Source: a virus (taxonomy: Duplodnaviria > Caudoviricetes). Taken from it: 27,122 nt of DNA. The position numbers were made by a program, and so were the translations under genes. Shown one piece after another: positions 8,618 through 15,742 of the stretch (within the stretch, counting starts at the first letter, position 1; each line of letters begins with the position of its first letter). The notes under the pieces are model-generated. The model had not been told where the DNA came from. It saw only the letters and a program-made list of their open reading frames with translations, and ran no database searches. The DNA lies in IMG/VR virus record IMGVR_UViG_3300005662_000183, positions 1 through 27,122 of that record; one strand, given 5' to 3'.

Positions 8618-9348
8618 GATCTTGAACCAAACCTAAACTCTGCTTCTAACTGTAAAAATAATGCGTCTTCCATCTGTGTAATATCAGTAGTTGAATTAAT
8701 TATTTCGGTATACTTGTTCCATAGGGCATGAACCCTAAGCACTGAGATACTAGCCGATTCATAATACATAACTAATTCTTGAAAGGCAGCACCAACAGTT
8801 TTATTGTTTATATCTGCCCATTCATGAATTGCAGGTGTATAATAATCTTGTTCATCGTTACAGTTTGTTAATTCTTTGCTAAGAAAGTTTAAAAATATCT
8901 CGTCACCGATAAAATGTTTTGTTCTAGAAAGATACCGCTCGCATCGTTGTTCTAATACCATTAAGGAATCTGCCCTAGCGTTTCCTAGTTTTCGTTTAGC
9001 AATCCATTCTTCAGTTATTAACTCTCTAGGATACTCTACTAAATCAAAGAATCGCTTGCTGGGAGTCTCGTCAACAGTCTTGGCAACATTACACTCACTG
9101 GTGATAAATCCGGTATTGACAATTTTACTTCCACGCCTGACCAGCTGAAAATTTACATTTAAGTTATCTCTATAAGAATTTATGCCACCGCTAACTCCCA
9201 TATACGGGTAGAATACAACCATGGGAGAACTGTTTAGTATTCCTTTACTAACGGCATTTGCAATTGATATAGTGGGACATCGTGTTATAACACCAAATGT
9301 TTCTTGATCTATTACTAAAAACAGATATTGTTTTGTTGCATCAAGCAT
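8614..9348 (-). CDS. hypothetical protein (244 aa, helical C-terminal half)
   Basis: Long ORF coupled on both sides (GGAG SD; overlaps with both neighbours); no motif recognised. Confidence 0.7.
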   Translation of the reverse strand: MLDATKQYLFLVIDQETFGVITRCPTISIANAVSKGILNSSPMVVFYPYMGVSGGINSYRDNLNVNFQLVRRGSKIVNTGFITSECNVAKTVDETPSKRFFDLVEYPRELITEEWIAKRKLGNARADSLMVLEQRCERYLSRTKHFIGDEIFLNFLSKELTNCNDEQDYYTPAIHEWADINNKTVGAAFQELVMYYESASISVLRVHALWNKYTEIINSTTDITQMEDALFLQLEAEFRFGSRS

Positions 9349-9511
9349 CTCGTGGCTCCACCGGCCCTGTTGCTTCTTCGATCTGAAGCCTGCCTTTATC
9401 TTCTTTTCTAGTAATAACTACACACGATCCGTCCCAGTCAGATTGAGATCGACCTTCCCAATGTTCTGGACCAACAGTTACTTCTTCATCTTTGTTAATA
9501 TGTCTTTCCAT
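9341..9511 (-). CDS. 56-aa small protein/peptide missing from the ORF track
   Basis: GAGGAG SD then ATG at 9511: MERHINKDEEVTVGPEHWEGRSQSDWDGSCVVITRKEDKGRLQIEEATGPVEPRDA*. It fills the 9349-9477 gap exactly and its TGA overlaps the next start. Confidence 0.7.
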   Translation of the reverse strand: MERHINKDEEVTVGPEHWEGRSQSDWDGSCVVITRKEDKGRLQIEEATGPVEPRDA

Positions 9512-10437
9512 AGAATTGTCTCCTCTGCTATTCGTCTTTCAAATGCTGATCTACCTACATACTGTTCTGGGATAATCATAAAACTGGTTTGAAGCTTGGC
9601 ACGAGTTTCTATGTTTTTAGCAATAGATGTTAATGTATCGTGGTAAAATTTGTGTATTGCAGGATCAGTGCCTTTTGGCAATGCTAGACCCCAGCTGGCT
9701 TCTACTTTAGGATGAAACCCTTTAATTTTTTCTCCAAATGTAGGAACGTTTAGCAGTGTAGGAAATCTAGTAGACCCGCTAATGGCAATAATATTAATTT
9801 TATCAGAATTAACAAACGGCGCCGCCACTGCCAGTTGTACTACCCCGTACTTGACGTGGTTGCCTAACACGTCTCTTATAGCGTCAGATCCGGATTTATA
9901 ATTTATTAGCGACACATCAGTTGGTTTGTTAGTAATTTGACTAACAATATATCTAGCGGCTACTTCAAAAAATAGGCTTGGTGTAGCAATACTAATATTA
10001 GAATCGTTATTAACTACATCTTTTCTAAATTCCTCAATGGTCTTAATATTTGATTCTTTACTAGATATTAAGACCATTGGCCCTGCCGCAATAGTAGTGA
10101 TCAAATCAACTCCATTGTTCTGAACGAGGGCCGGAGTGGCGATAGGCGCTATAGTAAACAGCGAACTAGCAGTAGCCCACAATGTATACCCGTCGGGTTT
10201 TGCATTGTTGGCAAACGAATTCATAGCAATAATTCCGTTTGCACCTGCCTTATGTTCTACAATTACCTTATATCCTTTTAGTTCTAAGGCTTCGATATAA
10301 GGTTTTAGGGCTTGATCAGTTGCGCCAGGCGAGAATCCTGACACAATCGTAATTGGTCGATCTGTCGGGTTAAACGCAAATGTTAGATTGCTAATACAAC
10401 AAAGTGTTCCTGCTAATATTAGTTTTATAATATTCAT
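9478..10437 (-). CDS. Bug/TctC family tripartite tricarboxylate transporter substrate-binding protein
   Basis: Signal peptide; PITIVSGFSPGATD, VIVEHKAGANGIIA, KPDGYTL, YKSGSDAIRDVLGNHV, RFPTLLNVPTFGE, WGLALPKGT are typical Bug-family motifs. Confidence 0.9.
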   Translation of the reverse strand: MNIIKLILAGTLCCISNLTFAFNPTDRPITIVSGFSPGATDQALKPYIEALELKGYKVIVEHKAGANGIIAMNSFANNAKPDGYTLWATASSLFTIAPIATPALVQNNGVDLITTIAAGPMVLISSKESNIKTIEEFRKDVVNNDSNISIATPSLFFEVAARYIVSQITNKPTDVSLINYKSGSDAIRDVLGNHVKYGVVQLAVAAPFVNSDKINIIAISGSTRFPTLLNVPTFGEKIKGFHPKVEASWGLALPKGTDPAIHKFYHDTLTSIAKNIETRAKLQTSFMIIPEQYVGRSAFERRIAEETILWKDILTKMKK

Positions 10438-10439
10438 AT

Positions 10440-10697
10440 TTAAATCCTCTTGGTAATATCCAGAATTGCTTCGATCTCCTCCCAGTCAGAGTTATGATCT
10501 TGCCAGTTACCTTTGTGAGCAATTTTAATTGCACGATTGATAACGCTGGGTTTAACTTGTAATTCTTCTGCAACTGCTTTAACAGTTTCTTTTAGACCTT
10601 CTGATAGATCTTCAATTTCTCGAAGTACTGTACTGCCTTCTGCAATAAGTCTTTCAAGTTTGGCTTTTTCTTCTGCACCGTATGAACGTCCTGACAT
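10440..10697 (-). CDS. double-stranded DNA-binding protein (T4 DsbA/GapR-like)
   Basis: 85 aa from MSGRSY (AAGGAG SD); helical pattern L..LI.E...L.EIE.L.E.LKE....A.EEL......N..IK..HK matches the phage DsbA family. Confidence 0.7.
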   Translation of the reverse strand: MSGRSYGAEEKAKLERLIAEGSTVLREIEDLSEGLKETVKAVAEELQVKPSVINRAIKIAHKGNWQDHNSDWEEIEAILDITKRI

Positions 10698-10718
10698 AGT
10701 AATCTCCTTGGATTGTAT

Positions 10719-10747
10719 ATTATACACTAGTTATATCTTATGGTCAA
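10719..10747 (-). promoter_or_regulatory. sigma70-type promoter TTGACC-N17-TATAAT
   Basis: -35 at 10747-10742, -10 at 10724-10719, directly downstream of a terminator and 22 nt before the ATG. Confidence 0.82.
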
Positions 10748-10757
10748 TAGTTAGATC

Positions 10758-10790
10758 AAAAAAAATGGCAGACTTGGTCTGCCATTTTTT
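10758..10790 (-). terminator. intrinsic (possibly bidirectional) terminator ending the virion-protein cluster
   Basis: Stem TGGCAGAC/GTCTGCCA (10766-10784) flanked by A8 and T6; on the minus strand the hairpin is followed by U8, 12 nt after the LysM gene stop. Confidence 0.9.
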
Positions 10791-10802
10791 AAGTGGATAA
10801 AA

Positions 10803-12590
10803 TTATTGTCCGGTAGCTTTAAGAGCAGCCAGTTGAGCTTGTGCCGCTTTAACATCGTCTGCCATTTCAGGATCATTAGCATACTTTCCAATAAGTGTTT
10901 CTAACTCGCCCATCTCGTTGGCATAGAATTTTGTAAGATTTGTTTTTCCAAATCCGCCACTGCTAGCCGCTGGTGTCCCGGATCCGCCACTGCTAGCCGC
11001 TGGTGTCCCAGATCCACTACCTGGAATTTTTAAAGTCTTGCCTGCGTAAATTAAGTTTGGATCCTTAATATACGGATTAGCCTTCATAATATCCTGGATA
11101 CTTACACCAAACTTTTTACTAATCTTTGTAAGATTGTCACCCTTGACAATGGTATAATCGCTACCGGCAGGTGCTTCTTTGCCTGATTGAGCGGGAGCAC
11201 TTGAAGCGTTTGCGGCCATGGCTTTACCTAGTTCTGCATCATCTCTATCTGCTTGATCAGGGCTGACTCGTTGTGCTGTCATTGCTTGACCTAGTTCTGC
11301 ATCATCTCTATCTGCTTGATCAGGGCTGACTCGTTGTGCTGTTGAGCTAGTTGTTGGTTTATTTGCAGTATCTTTTGGTGCAGCCGCAGTTGTTGGCCCT
11401 TTGTCTACAGATCCTCTTGCTAATAAATCATCTCTAGCATTTTGTCCTGTTGTTGGAGTACTAGTTTGAGCCGCTGGCTTTTCTCTATTAAGGGCATTAA
11501 CTCCGATCGCACCAGTACCTATAGCCCCAGTTCCTACTGCAAGTTTCTGACCCATACTCATTCCTGGTTTGTCAGGGATTACTCTAAATTCGCCATCGAT
11601 GACATTAGGGTCGTCACGGCCACCGGGACGTTTTGCAGGTAAATTAGGACGCACAGCTATTGCATTACGCCCTGCACCTGCCGGAACTGGCAACGGTGCT
11701 TCTAATAATAGAAGTTTATTTCTAATAGCACCCATACTTTCACTTAGCGACTTTGGTCGTCTTGACTCTTCTAAGTCACTGTCGGATACCGGTGGCTTCT
11801 TGGTAATAGCTATAAGCTCTTTCATTCTAGCACGATCTTTTTCTTTATCACCAGATCCGCCTGCAGAAGAACCTTTTGCTAGTTCATCCAATGCGGCTTG
11901 CGCATCTTGCAGAGCGGCAATAACTGCTGGATCGTCGATGTCCGCAAGTTCGGCCATGATCTTTCTAATCAATGCTACTTCTTTTTGGTACTGACCAACA
12001 CTGATAGTCATGCCATTACCTATATCTTGTTGGACAACTGGCCCTGTACCTAATGTTACCTTTTCACTTAGATCGTAACCAAATTCTTCTTTTAAAATAT
12101 TTGATAATGACTTGCGGAGAGATTCTTTAACTCCGGGAGCATCCCAGCCCCTTTCTTTAGGACCGGTTGAATTGCCTACTCCGCTAATGTTTACGTGATA
12201 TCCACCACCTGGCAAGGGACCGTCGGGTCTGCTTGTTGGTTTACCTGATTGTGCAGGAGCACCGTTCTTGCCTGATCTAATTCTAGCAACTAGATTCTTA
12301 AGTTGACCTAGGCGTTTTTTAATAAATTCGTTACTGGTCTTAGTTGCGTTGGCCCTAGCTTTGTTAGGATCAGGTTGCCCTTTGTTAGGAGCACGACTTA
12401 GAATAATTTCATCGTTAATATCTGGAACGCCGCCGCCTTTGGTTAGCCATGCTTTATCAGCATCAGTCATTGCATCAAATTTAGCTGCCTGAGCTGGGTC
12501 TTTGTAGGGGTTTACTATTGGTGCAGTAGCTTCTGCTACTGTGCCTCGTTGAATTGCTTCAAGTTTATTAACTAATGATCTGTAATCCAT
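10803..12590 (-). CDS. LysM-domain modular protein, probable virion protein
   Basis: LysM: YTIVKGDNLTKISKKFGVSIQDIMKANPYIKDPNLIYAGKTLKIP; low-complexity linkers, internal repeats, many [ILV]xE sites. Confidence 0.8.
   Translation of the reverse strand: MDYRSLVNKLEAIQRGTVAEATAPIVNPYKDPAQAAKFDAMTDADKAWLTKGGGVPDINDEIILSRAPNKGQPDPNKARANATKTSNEFIKKRLGQLKNLVARIRSGKNGAPAQSGKPTSRPDGPLPGGGYHVNISGVGNSTGPKERGWDAPGVKESLRKSLSNILKEEFGYDLSEKVTLGTGPVVQQDIGNGMTISVGQYQKEVALIRKIMAELADIDDPAVIAALQDAQAALDELAKGSSAGGSGDKEKDRARMKELIAITKKPPVSDSDLEESRRPKSLSESMGAIRNKLLLLEAPLPVPAGAGRNAIAVRPNLPAKRPGGRDDPNVIDGEFRVIPDKPGMSMGQKLAVGTGAIGTGAIGVNALNREKPAAQTSTPTTGQNARDDLLARGSVDKGPTTAAAPKDTANKPTTSSTAQRVSPDQADRDDAELGQAMTAQRVSPDQADRDDAELGKAMAANASSAPAQSGKEAPAGSDYTIVKGDNLTKISKKFGVSIQDIMKANPYIKDPNLIYAGKTLKIPGSGSGTPAASSGGSGTPAASSGGFGKTNLTKFYANEMGELETLIGKYANDPEMADDVKAAQAQLAALKATGQ
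10952..11009. repeat. 30-bp tandem repeat x2 (GSGTPAASSG) in the LysM gene
   Basis: atccgccactgctagccgctggtgtccc at 10952-10979 and 10982-11009. Confidence 0.9.
11226..11342. repeat. 63-bp-period tandem duplication (TAQRVSPDQADRDDAELGxAM x2)
   Basis: Identical 54-nt block at 11226-11279 and 11289-11342. Confidence 0.92.
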
Positions 12591-12593
12591 GAT

Positions 12594-13031
12594 TTATCCT
12601 TTGCTAGTCGCTCTAAGCATCCAAGCATGTTTTTTATGTGAGTCTAATCGTCCAGCTATGAAATCAGCTAGTCCTTGTTCTTTAACTGAGTCTGCAAGAT
12701 CAAAAACTTGATTGAGAAGTTCAATCAGTTTAGCGTTATCTTGCATAAGTTCATTGGTCATTTCTTCGGCGCTAACTACACCCGGCGGCTCGTCAAGAAT
12801 ACTAAGTTCTTGAAATCTACCAATACTCATAGGTGCATACGATCCTAATGCGCGAATTTCTTCACCAAACTTATCAATGCTGTCATATACTTCTTCGTAT
12901 ATAGCGCCAAACAGATCGTGGAACTGTTTAAAGAATACACCTTCAACATTGAAATGAAAGTAATGTGCTTTCATATAAAACACAAAAGTGCTGGCCATAG
13001 CCACTTTCATTGACTGCTTTAAATCTTCCAT
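12594..13031 (-). CDS. dps: Dps family ferritin-like DNA protection protein
   Basis: HYFHFNVEG..F...H.LF...YEE.....D...E.IRALG Dps signature and C-terminal KHAWML. Confidence 0.9.
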   Translation of the reverse strand: MEDLKQSMKVAMASTFVFYMKAHYFHFNVEGVFFKQFHDLFGAIYEEVYDSIDKFGEEIRALGSYAPMSIGRFQELSILDEPPGVVSAEEMTNELMQDNAKLIELLNQVFDLADSVKEQGLADFIAGRLDSHKKHAWMLRATSKG

Positions 13032-13032
13032 G

Positions 13033-13701
13033 TTACTCGTCGCCTTCGTTCACTGGCGTTGTTCTAGGTTTAGCACTTTCTTTTTTAATCTTCTCGCAGT
13101 CGTTTACACGTTTACCTGCGTTCTTACCAGTACCTGGCTGTGTTCCAACTTTACGATGTCCTGGCCAGCAGTGTGCAGGACCTGCTACACCTTCTTTAAA
13201 TGCAGGGTTCGTAGGACCTGGAGTTTGCGGACTCCATCGTTTACCCTTGTGAGGACCAGATGTTACAATAGGATATTGACCATCTTTGCCTTTTGGTGGA
13301 GGAGCAGTTGCCCCATCCGGTGGAGACAAGTTTTCATCTACAGGAACTGCCTGTTTCTTATGTTTAACATCGCCTTGCTTTTCAGCTTTCTTTTTATCTT
13401 TGTGTGCGCCCGCACCACTAGTTGTAGCATTCTTTGCTACAAAGTTACGTGGCTTTGGTGCAGGAGTACTTTTTACTTCAGACAAGTGTTCAGACAATTT
13501 TAATCTTAAATTATCTTCTTGATTGATATCTTCTTCTTCAACTAGCTTTAGGTAAGTTTTAAACAAACCTGGAGTTTCGTTTAGATCAACAGGTTTTGGT
13601 TTAGGTGTATTCATATACACTATAGTTTCGGCCTGTGACAATCTATTAGTCTTAGGATTTTTACCTTCGGTGACTACTTGGAGAAGTTTTGTCATGTCCA
13701 T
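13033..13701 (-). CDS. modular hypothetical protein, probable capsid-internal protein
   Basis: Short motifs (RNFVAK..GAGAHKDKKK; CWPGH...NDC) separated by xxE sites; coupled to both neighbours. Confidence 0.7.
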   Translation of the reverse strand: MDMTKLLQVVTEGKNPKTNRLSQAETIVYMNTPKPKPVDLNETPGLFKTYLKLVEEEDINQEDNLRLKLSEHLSEVKSTPAPKPRNFVAKNATTSGAGAHKDKKKAEKQGDVKHKKQAVPVDENLSPPDGATAPPPKGKDGQYPIVTSGPHKGKRWSPQTPGPTNPAFKEGVAGPAHCWPGHRKVGTQPGTGKNAGKRVNDCEKIKKESAKPRTTPVNEGDE

Positions 13702-13702
13702 T

Positions 13703-14959
13703 TTACAACCCCGCTAACATCTTTATGTTGGCTAACTCTACGCTTTCTTTTACAGGTGTTTTGTTTCTGCTTGGCATTGCTGGGTTAGCTGTTCCGGGCT
13801 TTGTTGCGGCAGCATCAGAAGCCTTCTTTGGGTCATTACGACTTGGGAATGGGCTCTTGGCTTTCTTTGCCGGAGTAACACTTCCACCGTCTATGTCTTG
13901 TGGAGGAGGAACACCTTTATCAGGAGTACTTACCCAAACACCGCCTTGAATGGAACCTTCCATTTTGGCTTTTGCTTTAGCAACGGCTTTCTTAACTGGA
14001 GAATCTTTCTTAGCAAAGGGATTTACACCTTTCTTTGGTGCAGTGCCTTTACCTTTTCCTAGGTCTTTAGCACCTTTACCGTCTTGAGCGTAATCTGGAA
14101 TCTTATCTTTGTTAGCATCTGGCTTGGCAGCTTCGTACATACTACCACATTCTTTTAAGCCGTGTACTGGGCACTTTTTACCCTTGGCTGTATGATTACA
14201 TTTTTCATCGGCAGCTTCTTTAACATTTTTAGCTACGGCTTTACTTACAGCGGCACGTTTTGTTTTGATGTATTTGTCAGACTTGGTATTCTTCTTACCG
14301 TCATTGTCTACATCGTCATCTTCTTTGCCTACTGGATCAAGTGCTTCGGCAACTTTCTTGCCATCTTTAACACGAGTTACGGAACCTTTACCAAAGCGTT
14401 TTTCCCAATTCTTGCCTTCTTTCTCTTCAGCTTTGTCAGCAGCCTGATCGCCCTTCTTCTCTGCGGCAGATTTGCTCTTGGCCTGTGACTTAGGTTCAGT
14501 GTGTGGCTCGTCACTAAATCTATTTGGATTTTGTGAGTGTTTGGTAACGCCTTTCTTACTACGGTCAATCTCGCCACCAGTTGAAGACTTTTCTTCCTTA
14601 ACGTCTTTCTTAGACATTTTTTCAGCTTGCTTCTGCTTCAACAGTTTAATCTTGTCTTTAGCTTCCATTAGCTTATTACGGAGCTCAACTCGTTGACTTT
14701 CGGTGTATACGTCGGCAGTTTCTAACTGTTCACCGTACTCACTAAATTTCATCTCGTATTCCATATAGTGATACACAGACGCAATGTAATCAGCCGCTTT
14801 AGTAATCTTAGCTTGGACCCAACCTTCTAATTGTTGGTTTCCATCTAACATTTTAAACAGCTTATAGCTATAATTTGCTAGTTTGTATAGATCAGCCTTG
14901 GCCATTGCGCCTTCATGATCTGTTGGCATTGCTGATTGTGGTTCGTTCATATCTTGCAT
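13703..14959 (-). CDS. Lys-rich modular protein, probable prohead core/internal polyprotein
   Basis: N-terminal helical domain (DHEGAMAK...WVQAKITKAADY), DxDNDG module, CNH..CPVHG..C module, C-terminal ELANIKMLAGL; GGAG SD. Confidence 0.72.
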   Translation of the reverse strand: MQDMNEPQSAMPTDHEGAMAKADLYKLANYSYKLFKMLDGNQQLEGWVQAKITKAADYIASVYHYMEYEMKFSEYGEQLETADVYTESQRVELRNKLMEAKDKIKLLKQKQAEKMSKKDVKEEKSSTGGEIDRSKKGVTKHSQNPNRFSDEPHTEPKSQAKSKSAAEKKGDQAADKAEEKEGKNWEKRFGKGSVTRVKDGKKVAEALDPVGKEDDDVDNDGKKNTKSDKYIKTKRAAVSKAVAKNVKEAADEKCNHTAKGKKCPVHGLKECGSMYEAAKPDANKDKIPDYAQDGKGAKDLGKGKGTAPKKGVNPFAKKDSPVKKAVAKAKAKMEGSIQGGVWVSTPDKGVPPPQDIDGGSVTPAKKAKSPFPSRNDPKKASDAAATKPGTANPAMPSRNKTPVKESVELANIKMLAGL

Positions 14960-14981
14960 GGTAAAAAACTCCGTAGTCTTA

Positions 14982-14987
14982 TATTTA
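14982..14987 (-). promoter_or_regulatory. candidate late promoter TAAATA
   Basis: TAAATA 23 nt upstream of the ATG at 14959, overlapping the upstream stop codon; the same motif recurs before other late-type genes. Confidence 0.4.
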
Positions 14988-15503
14988 GCGTTTGATGCTT
15001 CCGCCGGTCATTAGATTATCGCCGTCTACGGCGTTATCTGTGGGCTTTTGCATCTTAGGGCTTTGATTCTTTTGTACTGCACCTACTGACATATCACCAG
15101 CAGATGTTGCACCGCTAGAGGCAATTTCTACTACTGTTTCGTCATCTTGCGGGCGTTTGGTAAGCATAATCTTACCTTGTAATTCAGGTTTATTCTTAAG
15201 TATTGCAAGGGCATAGTTATTAGCACCTTTTTTCCAGTCAAACACTTTAGGTTCGCCTTGGCTTTTTAGTATCTTTCCGTTGACACGTAAGTACCAAGGC
15301 CCGCGGTCTTTTTCTTTCTGTTTAGCTAACTGGCGTTGATAGTAATCTTCTTCGTCACCTAATTCGTGTTCCATTTCACGACGTTTAAAGTCGCGCTTTT
15401 GGTAATCTATTTGATTCTGCTGATAACGATCGTAGTCACCGGAACTCATAGTGTCTGGGTTGCGTCGTCTGTACATTTCTGATAAAACTTGTATAACTTT
15501 CAT
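14985..15503 (-). CDS. hypothetical protein, probable capsid-internal protein
   Basis: N-terminus MKVIQVLSE; TAATG coupling with the upstream gene. Confidence 0.7.
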   Translation of the reverse strand: MKVIQVLSEMYRRRNPDTMSSGDYDRYQQNQIDYQKRDFKRREMEHELGDEEDYYQRQLAKQKEKDRGPWYLRVNGKILKSQGEPKVFDWKKGANNYALAILKNKPELQGKIMLTKRPQDDETVVEIASSGATSAGDMSVGAVQKNQSPKMQKPTDNAVDGDNLMTGGSIKR

Positions 15504-15742
15504 TATTTTGTCCTTATCCCGTCACCTACTGGTTTTTCTCCGGTTAGCTTTGGTAAGCTAAACCACAGTTGAAACCACTCCGGAGTACCTGGCTTAATGT
15601 TGTGTTTTTTCATTAACTCGCCTTTTTCGTTTCCTGTAAGGCTAATATTACTACCACCAAACGGATCAACAGGGGCATAATTCAAATATCCTTTGAACTC
15701 GTTTATTCCTGCTAACTTTTTAATTTGGTCTAATTCGTTCAT
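15503..15742 (-). CDS. small hypothetical protein, probable virion protein
   Basis: MNELDQIKKLAGINE N-terminus; IKPGTPEWFQLWF motif; TAATG coupling on both sides. Confidence 0.72.
   Translation of the reverse strand: MNELDQIKKLAGINEFKGYLNYAPVDPFGGSNISLTGNEKGELMKKHNIKPGTPEWFQLWFSLPKLTGEKPVGDGIRTK

Noticed and set aside
7535-9511. Canonical lasso peptide cluster
   Set aside because: No recognisable transglutaminase-like leader peptidase or RRE; the peptide lacks YxxP and an Asp/Glu at core position 7-9. Kept only as a non-canonical hypothesis.
10437-10442. TAAATA before tctC as a late promoter
   Set aside because: It is just the stop codon/start codon junction (TAA-AT-ATG), leaving no room for a leader.
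10952-11342. Direct repeats as a CRISPR array
   Set aside because: Only two copies each, periods are multiples of 3, they lie in frame within a CDS, and there are no unique spacers or cas genes.
13350-13470. ArfA-like ribosome rescue factor call for the RNFVAK..GAGAH..KHKK module
   Set aside because: Resemblance is limited to basic composition and a Gly/His pattern; too weak to call without a profile search.
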